Part shown: positions 9,246 to 17,787 of the stretch, piece after piece | Layout of the letters: each line of letters opens with the position of its first letter | How positions within the stretch are numbered: the stretch's first letter is position 1 | Assembly (NCBI RefSeq): GCF_000953295.1 | Contig: NZ_LN649255.1 | Span: 150,001 to 182,000, forward strand | Reading direction: 5' to 3' | Length of the DNA stretch: 32,000 nucleotides | Source of the DNA: Candidatus Portiera aleyrodidarum | Lineage (GTDB): Bacteria; Pseudomonadota; Gammaproteobacteria; Johnevansiales; Johnevansiaceae | Position numbers and translations under genes: made by a program | The notes under the pieces: generated by a model | The model's input: only the letters and a program-made list of their open reading frames with translations | Told to the model about the DNA's origin: nothing | Database searches by the model: none

Positions 9246-10340
9246 TTAAATTTTATTTTTTTTTAAAAATATTAGATTTAATAATATCATTTCTAATCCT
9301 GATTTTAAATCTGATAATTCTAACATAGTTTTACGTCCTTTTAATATTATTTTATAATATATCTTTATTTCTTCTATAGTAAAATTTTTAGAAAAATAAA
9401 TTAAATCTTCATCTAGATCTTCATTTATTAATTTAAAATAATTTGGTAGAAGTTTTGATAAAAATATTTTATGAAACAAAATAATTAACTCATCACATAT
9501 ATAAATAAAATCTACACCTAATTCATAGAAATTTATTATTAATTCTAAGATTTTATATATATCATTTTTTATTAAAGCTTTTACTATTAAATAAATATAA
9601 TATTTATCTATTACTCCTAAAATATTAATTATATTTTTTTCTTTAATTTTTTTACCACAAAAAATTATAGCTTGTTCTATTAAAGATAAAGCATCTCTCA
9701 TAGAACCTTTTGAAAGTTTACATATTAAATTTAAAGCATTATTTTCTATTAATATATTTTCTAAAAACAAGATTTTTTTTAAATATTTAACCATTAATTT
9801 AAAGGGGATTAATTTTAAATTAAATTGTAAACATCTTGATAAAATTGTAATTGGAATTTTTTTAAATTTTGTAGTAGCTAATAAAAATTTTATATATTCA
9901 GGTGGTTCTTCTAAAGTTTTTAATAATGCATTAAAACTATATAAAGAAAGCATATGTACTTCATCAATTAAATATATTTTATACCGTCCTTTAATTGGAG
10001 GATATTTTATATCTTCTAATAATTCTTTTGTTTCTTCAACTTTTGTTCTTGAAGCAGCATCTACTTCAATTAAATCACTAAATTTTCCTAGATTTATTAA
10101 TTTACAATTTTTACATTTTTCACATGAATTTATTAATATCCCTTTTTCACAATTTAAACATTTTGCAAAGATTCTAGCTAGTGTAGTTTTCCCAACCCCT
10201 CTACTGCCTGTAAATATATAGGCATGATGTAATCTAAAATTTTTTATAGAACTTTTTAAAGATTTTATTACATGATTTTGTCCTATTAAATCATCTAATT
10301 TTTTTGGTCTTAATTTTAGAGCTAAAATTTTATAGCTCAT
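9246..10340 (-). CDS. dnaX: DNA polymerase III clamp-loader subunit DnaX, gamma-length only (364 aa)
   Basis: Contains Walker [10 protein letters not shown], the Zn module [21 protein letters not shown], and sensor SRCLQF. The ORF ends where domain III ends, so there are no tau domains IV-V. Confidence 0.9.
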   Translation of the reverse strand: MSYKILALKLRPKKLDDLIGQNHVIKSLKSSIKNFRLHHAYIFTGSRGVGKTTLARIFAKCLNCEKGILINSCEKCKNCKLINLGKFSDLIEVDAASRTKVEETKELLEDIKYPPIKGRYKIYLIDEVHMLSLYSFNALLKTLEEPPEYIKFLLATTKFKKIPITILSRCLQFNLKLIPFKLMVKYLKKILFLENILIENNALNLICKLSKGSMRDALSLIEQAIIFCGKKIKEKNIINILGVIDKYYIYLIVKALIKNDIYKILELIINFYELGVDFIYICDELIILFHKIFLSKLLPNYFKLINEDLDEDLIYFSKNFTIEEIKIYYKIILKGRKTMLELSDLKSGLEMILLNLIFLKKNKI

Positions 10341-10361
10341 TATTTTTATGTCCTTATAAAT

Positions 10362-11291
10362 TTAATTTTCTAAATGTCCTCCAAATTGCTTACGCATTGC
10401 TGACAATAATTTCTCTCCAAATTTTTTTTTTATTCTTGATCTAAATCTAATATATAAAGATGTTGTTAAGACTTCTAACGGTATTGATTCTTCTAATGCT
10501 GTTTTTACTATCCATCTGGCTTCACCAGAATCATTAACCTTACCATTAAATTCATTAAGTTTAATATCATTAGCTAATGATATTGAAATTAAATCTAATA
10601 ACCATGAACTTATTACGCTACCAACACGCCATGTTGAAGATATATAATATAAATTTAAATTATAACGATTTTTATATGAGACATTTTTTTTATTAAAATT
10701 TTTCATAAAATTAAAACCTTCAGAATATGATTGCATCATTCCATATTCTATTCCATTATGTATCATCTTAACAAAATGTCCTGAACCTATTTTTCCACAA
10801 TACATATAACCTTTATTTTTTTTATTTTTTGGAGATAAAACATAAAAAATATTATTATTTTTTTCAAAAATTTTTTGATTTCCTCCTATCATCATACAAT
10901 AACCTCTTTTTAATCCCCAGATTCCACCTGAAACACCTACATCTATATAATTAATTCCTTTTATAAATAATTTTTCAGATCTAATAATATCGTTTTTAAA
11001 GTATCCATTACTCCCGTCGATTAATGTATCACCAATTTCCATATACTTTATTATTTTTATAATTACTTCTTCTGTTATTTCACCTGCCGGTAACATCAAC
11101 CAAATTGTTCTAGGATTTTTTAATTTTAAAACCAAATTTTTTAATGATTTTACTCCTTTCCCTCCTTTTTCTTCAATTTTTTTTATATTTTTTATATTTT
11201 TATCATAAATATAACATTTATATTTATTTCTTATTAATCTTATAGAAATATTACCCCCCATTTTTCCTAAACCAATAATCCCAATATTCAC
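10362..11291 (-). CDS. gnd: 6-phosphogluconate dehydrogenase (decarboxylating), short ~300-aa form
   Basis: Contains the Rossmann motif IGIIGLGKMGGN, DGSN, GVSGG and GSGHFVKMIHNGIEYGMMQSYSEGF. GTG start preceded by AGGAG. Confidence 0.85.
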   Translation of the reverse strand: MNIGIIGLGKMGGNISIRLIRNKYKCYIYDKNIKNIKKIEEKGGKGVKSLKNLVLKLKNPRTIWLMLPAGEITEEVIIKIIKYMEIGDTLIDGSNGYFKNDIIRSEKLFIKGINYIDVGVSGGIWGLKRGYCMMIGGNQKIFEKNNNIFYVLSPKNKKNKGYMYCGKIGSGHFVKMIHNGIEYGMMQSYSEGFNFMKNFNKKNVSYKNRYNLNLYYISSTWRVGSVISSWLLDLISISLANDIKLNEFNGKVNDSGEARWIVKTALEESIPLEVLTTSLYIRFRSRIKKKFGEKLLSAMRKQFGGHLEN

Positions 11292-11324
11292 TTAATAATC
11301 TCCTAACAAATTTAATTTTATTTA

Positions 11325-11408
11325 AGGAGAGAGAGGGATTCGAACCCTCGAAGTTTATAACTTACACACTTTCCAGATGTGTTCCTTCAGCCACTCGGAC
11401 ACCTCTCC
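11325..11408 (-). tRNA. tRNA-Ser (anticodon GGA), long variable arm
   Basis: The 5' end GGAGAGGTGTCCGAGTGGCTGAAGGAA and anticodon region CACAT-CTGGAAA-GTGTG are near-identical to E. coli tRNA-Ser(GGA). T-arm GAGGG-TTCGAAT-CCCTC. Confidence 0.9.
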
Positions 11409-11415
11409 AATCTTC

Positions 11416-12189
11416 TTAACTATGTATACCTTTTCCTTTTATTAATAATTTTATTGATATTGAATATAATAATATAATAAATATTATTATTGCTACTAAT
11501 GATTTCTCTATAACTATATCTGATATCCCTAATATTCCATATCTAAAAATATTAACCATATAAAGTATTGGATTTATTAATGAGATTTTTTTCCAAAAAT
11601 CAGGTAATAAATTTATAGTATAGAATACCCCACCTAGATAACTCAAAGGAGTTAATACAAAAATAGGAATTATTGAAATATCATCAAATTTATTAGCTAT
11701 TAAAGCATTTATAAATCCTGCTAATGAAAATAATATAGATGTTAAGATTATTACCAATATAGTTAAAAAAGGATGTATAATTTTTATTTTTATAAAAAAC
11801 ATTGAAACAAATGTAACTATAAAACCTACTAATAAACCTCTAAATAAACCACCTATAATAAAACCATCTAATATTACCCAATCTGGCATTGGGGAAATTA
11901 TTAATTCTTCTATAGATCTTTGAAATTTATTACCAAAAAAAGAAGAAGCCACATTAGAAAAACTATTTGTGATAACTGCCATCATTATTAATCCAGGAAT
12001 AATATAAGTTATATAACTTACCCCACCCATCTTACCTAATCTAGAACCTATTAAATTTCCAAAAATTATAAAATACATAGTACTTGTAATGGAAGAAGGC
12101 AATAATGTTTGAGGCCAAATACGTATAAACCTACGAATTTCTCTTTTTATTAATGTAAATAACGCTATAAATAATTTTTTATTTTTCAA
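11416..12189 (-). CDS. yadH: ABC-2 type transporter permease (YadH-like)
   Basis: 257-aa hydrophobic ORF with about 6 predicted TM segments. It lies immediately downstream of the matching ATPase. Its size and pairing match E. coli YadG/YadH. The symbol is assigned from recollection of that pair and has not been searched. Confidence 0.75.
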   Translation of the reverse strand: MKNKKLFIALFTLIKREIRRFIRIWPQTLLPSSITSTMYFIIFGNLIGSRLGKMGGVSYITYIIPGLIMMAVITNSFSNVASSFFGNKFQRSIEELIISPMPDWVILDGFIIGGLFRGLLVGFIVTFVSMFFIKIKIIHPFLTILVIILTSILFSLAGFINALIANKFDDISIIPIFVLTPLSYLGGVFYTINLLPDFWKKISLINPILYMVNIFRYGILGISDIVIEKSLVAIIIFIILLYSISIKLLIKGKGIHS

Positions 12190-12206
12190 TTTAATTTAAA
12201 TACTCT

Positions 12207-13130
12207 TTATTTATCATTATCTATTAAATTTAAAAACATTTCTTCTAATCTCTTAGATTTATTACGAATAGATAAAATTTCTATTTTTTTCTTATAAAAG
12301 ATATTAAATATCTCATTTATATTTATTCCTTTTTTTATTGATAATAAAATTTTATAAGAATCTTTAATTTTTAATTTTACCCCATTTATTACTGGGAATT
12401 TTTTTAAAGGTTTTTTTATTTCTAGTAAAAAAGTATTAACATCTAATTGTGTCAATAAAGAATGCATACTAGTATTTTTTATTATTACACCTTTATTTAT
12501 AATAGCTACATTTCTACATAATCTTTCAGCTTCTTCTAAATAATGAGTTGTTAATATAATAGTTTTTTTTTCATTTTTATTTATATTATACATATAATTC
12601 CATATAATTCTTCTTAATTCAATATCTAATCCTGCTGTAGGTTCATCTAAAATTAATAAATTTGGATTATGCACTAAAGACCGTGCAATCATTAAACGTC
12701 TTTTCATTCCTCCAGATAAATTTCTTACTATCATTTCTCTTTGTTTAAACAACCCTAAATCGTTTAACAATTTATAAATACGTATTTTTGAAAAAATTTT
12801 AGATAAACCATAATATCCAGCTTGTGTAAAAAGAATATTTTCAACTTTTTCAAATTGATTTAAATTATATTCTTGAGATACAATTCCTAATTTGTATTTA
12901 GCTTTTGAAAAATTTTTATCTATATCTATATCAAAAATTTTTATTTTTCCAAATGTTTTTTTTATTAAAGAACTTATTATCCCAATCGTTGTTGTTTTGC
13001 CTGCGCCATTAGGTCCTAATAACGCAAAAAAATCTCCACTTATAACATTTAGACTTATATCTCTTAAAGCATAATTTTTATTATTATAAATTTTTGTTAA
13101 GTTTTTTATACATAAAGCTATATTTTTCAT
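12207..13130 (-). CDS. yadG: ABC transporter ATP-binding protein (YadG-like)
   Basis: Contains Walker A GPNGAGKTTT, signature LSGGMKRRL, Walker B LLILDEPTAGLD, and H-loop TTHYLEEAE. The C-terminal SIRNKSKRLEEMF resembles YadG. Confidence 0.8.
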   Translation of the reverse strand: MKNIALCIKNLTKIYNNKNYALRDISLNVISGDFFALLGPNGAGKTTTIGIISSLIKKTFGKIKIFDIDIDKNFSKAKYKLGIVSQEYNLNQFEKVENILFTQAGYYGLSKIFSKIRIYKLLNDLGLFKQREMIVRNLSGGMKRRLMIARSLVHNPNLLILDEPTAGLDIELRRIIWNYMYNINKNEKKTIILTTHYLEEAERLCRNVAIINKGVIIKNTSMHSLLTQLDVNTFLLEIKKPLKKFPVINGVKLKIKDSYKILLSIKKGININEIFNIFYKKKIEILSIRNKSKRLEEMFLNLIDNDK

Positions 13131-13145
13131 ATTTTAAGTTACCTT

Positions 13146-13217
13146 AGCGGGAAACGAGATTCGAACTCGCGACCTTCACCTTGGCAAGGTGACACTCTAC
13201 CGCTGAGCTATTCCCGC
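13146..13217 (-). tRNA. tRNA-Gly (anticodon GCC)
   Basis: Acceptor GCGGGAA/TTCCCGC, anticodon stem TCACC/GGTGA with loop TT-GCC-AA, T-loop TTCGAAT, discriminator U. Confidence 0.9.
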
Positions 13218-13231
13218 AAACATATAGATGA

Positions 13232-13303
13232 TGTCCCATAGGAGGATCGAACCCCTGTTGTCACCGTGAAAGGGTGATGTCCTAACCACTAGACGAATGG
13301 GAC
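13232..13303 (-). tRNA. tRNA-Glu (anticodon UUC)
   Basis: GTCCCATTCGTCTAGTGGTTAGGACATCACCCTTTCACGGTGA... parallels E. coli tRNA-Glu. Anticodon loop is CT-TTC-AC. Confidence 0.9.
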
Positions 13304-13342
13304 TATTTAATAATTTTTTTATTATTATATTAATAATCTTAC

Positions 13343-13370
13343 TTGTCAATATTAACTATATTAATATAAA
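13343..13370 (+). promoter_or_regulatory. Candidate sigma70-type promoter for infA-mnmA (TTGTCA-16 nt-TATAAA)
   Basis: TTGTCA at 13343-13348 and TATAAA at 13365-13370, in the divergent spacer between tRNA-Glu (-) and infA (+). -10-like hexamers are abundant in DNA this AT-rich, so support is weak. Confidence 0.25.
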
Positions 13371-13394
13371 GATTACGATATAATTAATATATTT

Positions 13395-13399
13395 AGGAG
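13395..13399 (+). promoter_or_regulatory. Shine-Dalgarno site of infA (AGGAG)
   Basis: AGGAG lies 8 nt upstream of the infA ATG at 13408. Confidence 0.55.
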
Positions 13400-13407
13400 A
13401 AGAAATT

Positions 13408-13626
13408 ATGATAAAAGAAGAAAATATTGAAATGGAAGGATTAATTATAGAAACATTACCAAATACTATGTTTAGAGTAAAATTAGAAACTGGTCATATA
13501 ATTCTAGCTCATATTTCAGGTAAAATTAGAAAAAATTATATTAGAATTTTAACTGGAGATAAAGTAAAAATAGAACTTACCCCTTATGATCTTACAAAAG
13601 GTCGTATAATATATAGATCACGTTAA
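13408..13626 (+). CDS. infA: Translation initiation factor IF-1
   Basis: 72-aa ORF with [58 protein letters not shown], the canonical IF-1 sequence. Confidence 0.95.
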   Translation: MIKEENIEMEGLIIETLPNTMFRVKLETGHIILAHISGKIRKNYIRILTGDKVKIELTPYDLTKGRIIYRSR

Positions 13627-14714
13627 TGAATAAAAATAAAAAAATTATTGTTTGTCTGTCAGGAGGAATTGATTCTTCTATATGTGCTTTTTTATTAAAA
13701 AAAAAATACCTTATTGAAGGATTATTTATGAAAAACTGGGAATTTATAAATAATTCAAAGAAATGTACAATAAAAAAAGATTATAAAGACGTAATTTATA
13801 TATGTAAAAAATTAAAAATATTTTTACATATTGTTAATTTTTCAGCTGAATATTGGAATAAGGTGTTAAAAAGAACTATTAAAGAATTTATTTATGGGAA
13901 TACACCAAATCCAGATATATTATGCAATAAAGAAATAAAATTTAAGTTATTGATTAAATATGCATTTAATATATTAAATGCAGATTATATAGCTACTGGT
14001 CATTATGTTAGATCAACAAATAATTTTTTAATAAAAAGTATTGATTTAAATAAGGATCAAAGTTATTTTTTATATAATATAAATAAAAAATTTATAAAAA
14101 AAATTATCTTCCCAATAGGAAGTTATAAAAAATTTGAAGTAAGAAAAATTGCAAAAAATAATTTATTTAAAATATATAATAAAAAAGACTCTTTTGGAGT
14201 TTGTTTTATACAAAATAAAAAATTTATTTCTTTTTTAAAGAAATTTATTCCTTTAAATTTTGGAAAAATACAAACAAGAAATAATTTTTTTATAGGTAAA
14301 CATATCGGTTTTTCTTTTTATACTATTGGTCAACGTTATGGTTTCAATATAAATAAAAAATTTAATACTATTTATTGGTATATTATAAAAAAAAATTTAA
14401 AAAAAAATCTTTTATATGTAACAAATAAAAATAATAAATATTTATATAAAAATTCATTAATTACAAAAAATATACATTGGATTTATAATCCTTTTAATAG
14501 AAAAATAAAAAATCCAATAATTTTATCTGCTAAAATTAGATATAGACAAATAGATCAAAAATGCCTAGTTTATAACTTTATTAATTATATCAAAGTATAT
14601 TTTTTATATAAACAAAGATCAATAACTGAAGGACAATCCATTGTATTATATAAAAATAATATTTGTTTAGGAGGAGCTCTTATAAAATCAGCATATAATA
14701 GAAAAGAAAATTAA
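13626..14714 (+). CDS. mnmA: tRNA 2-thiouridine(34) synthase MnmA
   Basis: Contains the PP-loop CLSGGIDSS, catalytic-Cys motifs NPDILCNKEIKF and KDSFGVCFI, ATGHY, and KDQSYFL. The start overlaps the infA stop (TAATG). Confidence 0.9.
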   Translation: MNKNKKIIVCLSGGIDSSICAFLLKKKYLIEGLFMKNWEFINNSKKCTIKKDYKDVIYICKKLKIFLHIVNFSAEYWNKVLKRTIKEFIYGNTPNPDILCNKEIKFKLLIKYAFNILNADYIATGHYVRSTNNFLIKSIDLNKDQSYFLYNINKKFIKKIIFPIGSYKKFEVRKIAKNNLFKIYNKKDSFGVCFIQNKKFISFLKKFIPLNFGKIQTRNNFFIGKHIGFSFYTIGQRYGFNINKKFNTIYWYIIKKNLKKNLLYVTNKNNKYLYKNSLITKNIHWIYNPFNRKIKNPIILSAKIRYRQIDQKCLVYNFINYIKVYFLYKQRSITEGQSIVLYKNNICLGGALIKSAYNRKEN

Positions 14715-15955
14715 TATAAAAAAATTTTTATAATTTTTTTTAAAAAATTAACAAAAAGTTTAATTTCTTCTAAAGAATTATAAATTGCAAAAGAAATTCT
14801 ACAAACTGTATTTATTCCATAATTATTTAACATAGGTTGGACACAATGATTTCCTGTCCTAATAGCTATCCCATATTGATCTAATAATAATCCTATATCA
14901 TGTGAATTAATACCTTCTATTATAAAAGATAATACTGAAATTCTTTTATTTTTTCCTAAAATATGAATATTTTTTATATTATTTAATTTTTTTATTAAAT
15001 AAAAAATAAGTATTTTTTCCCAAATTTTTATAAAATTTAAATTTTTTTTTAACCATTTTAATGATGTATAAAATGCTATAATATTACATATAGCTTGTGT
15101 ACCTGCTTCAAATTTATAAGGAACTTCTGAAAAGTTAATTTTTTTTTTAAAAAAAGTAAAATTCCTTACCATCTCTCCACCAAATTGCCAAGGAACCATA
15201 CATCTTAAGATATCTAATCTTACATATAATATTCCTACACCTGTTGGCCCGTAGCTTTTATGTGAAGAAAAAACATAAAAATCTACATTTAATTTTTGTA
15301 CATCAATTTTTTTATGAGATATTGCCTGAGCTCCATCTACTAAAATTAATGATTTTTTTTTATGAGCTATAATTGATAATTTTTTTATAGGATTTATTAC
15401 CCCTGAAACATTAGAAACATGAGTAATAACTACTAATTTTGTTTTTTTAGTAAACAACCTTTTATATTTTTTTATATCTACTAAACCTTTATCATTTACA
15501 GGGATTATTTTTAATTTTAATTTTTTTTTTTCAGATAATATTTTCCAAGGAATTATATTTGAATGATGTTCCATAATAGAAATTAAAATTTCATTTCCTT
15601 TTTTTAATTTAAATCCATAACTATTAGAAACCATGTTTATAGATTCTGTTGTTCCTTTTGTAAATATAATCTCTTCTTTATATTTTGCATTTATAAATTT
15701 ACAAACAATTTTTCTTGTACGTTCATACGCTAAAGTAGCAGAATTTGATAAATAATGTGTTCCCCTATGAATATTAGAATTATAATAGATGTTATATTCA
15801 TTAATTACTTTTATTACATTATTTGGCATTTGAATTGTAGCTGCATTATCAAAATATATTAAATTATATATTTTATATATAATTCTTTTTAAGAATGGAA
15901 AATCTTTTCTTATTTTTATAATTTTTTTATTTAGAAATTTATAATTTATTAACAT
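14711..15955 (-). CDS. sufS: Cysteine desulfurase SufS
   Basis: Contains the PLP-Lys motif FSSHKSYGPTGVGILY and the catalytic-Cys motif RTGNHCVQP. It is the last gene of the sufBCDS string. Confidence 0.9.
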   Translation of the reverse strand: MLINYKFLNKKIIKIRKDFPFLKRIIYKIYNLIYFDNAATIQMPNNVIKVINEYNIYYNSNIHRGTHYLSNSATLAYERTRKIVCKFINAKYKEEIIFTKGTTESINMVSNSYGFKLKKGNEILISIMEHHSNIIPWKILSEKKKLKLKIIPVNDKGLVDIKKYKRLFTKKTKLVVITHVSNVSGVINPIKKLSIIAHKKKSLILVDGAQAISHKKIDVQKLNVDFYVFSSHKSYGPTGVGILYVRLDILRCMVPWQFGGEMVRNFTFFKKKINFSEVPYKFEAGTQAICNIIAFYTSLKWLKKNLNFIKIWEKILIFYLIKKLNNIKNIHILGKNKRISVLSFIIEGINSHDIGLLLDQYGIAIRTGNHCVQPMLNNYGINTVCRISFAIYNSLEEIKLFVNFLKKIIKIFLY

Positions 15956-15964
15956 ATCATATGT

Positions 15965-17056
15965 TTATAACATATATTTATCTTTAAAAGAATTTATTTT
16001 TTTTGATATATTTTTTATTATTTTTAAAAAAAAATATTTTTTTAATGAAATATTTTTTATTTTTTTAAAAAATTGATTAATGATACTTAATAAAATTAAA
16101 TTTTTTGCGATTTCTTTTTTTATACCTCTAGTTCTTAAATAAAAAATATAATCTTTATTTATTTTTCCTGTAACTGTGCTATGTGTACAAAATACATCTT
16201 TTGATTTAATTTTTAATTTTGGATTTGTTTTAATAATAGAATTATTAGATAATAAGATATTATTATTTTTTTGAATTCCATATACATTTTTTATATTATT
16301 TCTTATCATAATATAACAATTAAAAATACCTTTACCATTATTATCTATTATTCCTTTAAAATCTATATTTGAACTTGTAAAGTTATAATTATGATTAATA
16401 ATTATATTATTTTTTATAAAATTTTTATATTTAGGATAAAACAACCCTAATAATATACATTTACTATACTTTTTATTTAAATTTATTATTAATTTATTAT
16501 ATAATAAATAACAAAATAAATTTATATTATAAAAATAATATTTACTAAATTTTTTTTGATTTACAATCATATTTGACAGATGAATATCTAAGATATTTAA
16601 TTCTTCTAACTTATAAAAGTCTATTTTTGTATTATTATTTATATTTATTTCAAAAAATATATTATTTATATTTTTTATATTATTTTTATTTATATAATGT
16701 TCTATTATTTTAATATTTATATTTTTTTCAATATAAATTAATATTTTTAAATTATTTTTTTTTATATAAATTTTTTTATTTGATATATATAAAAAATATA
16801 TTGGTTTTTTTATTTTTATATTCGATTTAATATAAAGTATTAAGCCATTAAATCTATTTAATTTTATAAAACCTTGTTTTATTTTATATTTAATATTATT
16901 TAATATAATATTTTTTAAATAAATTATTTCTATCCCATATAATTTATTTATAGTTGAATATTTTTTTGATAATCTGCCATCTATAAAAACTATCAAATAT
17001 GCATCAATATTTAAAATACTTTTTTTTATATTACTAAACATATTTTTCATAACCAA
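15965..17056 (-). CDS. sufD: Fe-S cluster assembly protein SufD (highly diverged)
   Basis: Lies between sufC and sufS. The C-terminus KSKDVFCTHSTVTGKINKDYIFYLRTRGIKKEIAKNLIL matches the SufB/SufD family motif (DV.C.H..T.G..D....FYL.SRGI). The ORF-track start is TTG. ATG codons at 17050 or 17041 are more likely starts. Confidence 0.75.
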   Translation of the reverse strand: MVMKNMFSNIKKSILNIDAYLIVFIDGRLSKKYSTINKLYGIEIIYLKNIILNNIKYKIKQGFIKLNRFNGLILYIKSNIKIKKPIYFLYISNKKIYIKKNNLKILIYIEKNINIKIIEHYINKNNIKNINNIFFEININNNTKIDFYKLEELNILDIHLSNMIVNQKKFSKYYFYNINLFCYLLYNKLIINLNKKYSKCILLGLFYPKYKNFIKNNIIINHNYNFTSSNIDFKGIIDNNGKGIFNCYIMIRNNIKNVYGIQKNNNILLSNNSIIKTNPKLKIKSKDVFCTHSTVTGKINKDYIFYLRTRGIKKEIAKNLILLSIINQFFKKIKNISLKKYFFLKIIKNISKKINSFKDKYML

Positions 17057-17774
17057 ATAATTCTAAATCATTAACTAAATTTTTCTCACCAGATTTTATT
17101 AATTTTCCATTTAATAATATATGTATATAATTTGGTATTATATAATTTAATACACGTTTATAATGAGTAATTAAAATAATTGAACAATTAGTTTTTGATC
17201 TTATCAAATTTATACCTTTTGATACTATTTTAAGAGAATCAATATCTAAACCTGAATCTATTTCATCAAGTAAAATTATTTTTGGTTTTAACATTAACAT
17301 TTGTAAAAGTTCATTTTTTTTTCTTTCTCCACCTGAAAAATTTTCATTTACAGATCTTTTAAAAAGTTTTTTATCAAATTTTAAATATTCCATATTTTTT
17401 TTTATTTTTTTTATAAAAGTATAAATACTTATTTTATCTTTTCTTAAATAAATTAATTTTTCATTTAATGCTGTATGTAAAAAATATATATTTTTTACAC
17501 CTGGAATTTCTATTGGATTTTGGAAACTTAAAAAAAATCCTAATTTTGATCTTTCTTCTATATTTAAATTAGTAATATTAATATCATTAAAAAAAATTTT
17601 ACCTTTAGTTATTGTATTTTCTTCTTTTCCTGCTAATGTTGATAATAAAGTAGTTTTGCCAGACCCATTTGGGCCCATTATTACATGGGTTTCACCTTGA
17701 TTAATTTTTATATTAATACCTTTTAAAATTTGAGTTTTTTTTATTTTAACATTTAAATTTTCTATTTTTAACAT
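17034..17774 (-). CDS. sufC: Fe-S cluster assembly ATPase SufC
   Basis: Contains Walker A GPNGSGKTT, FSGGERKKNELLQM, Walker B ILLDEIDSGLD, and ITHY. Confidence 0.95.
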   Translation of the reverse strand: MLKIENLNVKIKKTQILKGINIKINQGETHVIMGPNGSGKTTLLSTLAGKEENTITKGKIFFNDINITNLNIEERSKLGFFLSFQNPIEIPGVKNIYFLHTALNEKLIYLRKDKISIYTFIKKIKKNMEYLKFDKKLFKRSVNENFSGGERKKNELLQMLMLKPKIILLDEIDSGLDIDSLKIVSKGINLIRSKTNCSIILITHYKRVLNYIIPNYIHILLNGKLIKSGEKNLVNDLELFGYEKYV

Positions 17775-17787
17775 ATATAATTTTTTA

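Noticed and set aside
12892-13074. A 60-aa antisense ORF lies inside yadG.
   Set aside because: It overlaps the Walker A region of a well-supported ABC ATPase on the opposite strand. It has no motif, RBS or independent support.
13355-13372. A perfect 12-bp palindrome tatattaatata lies in the tRNA-Glu/infA divergent spacer and could be an operator.
   Set aside because: Short A/T-only palindromes are expected by chance at this base composition. It has no flanking half-site structure and no second copy.
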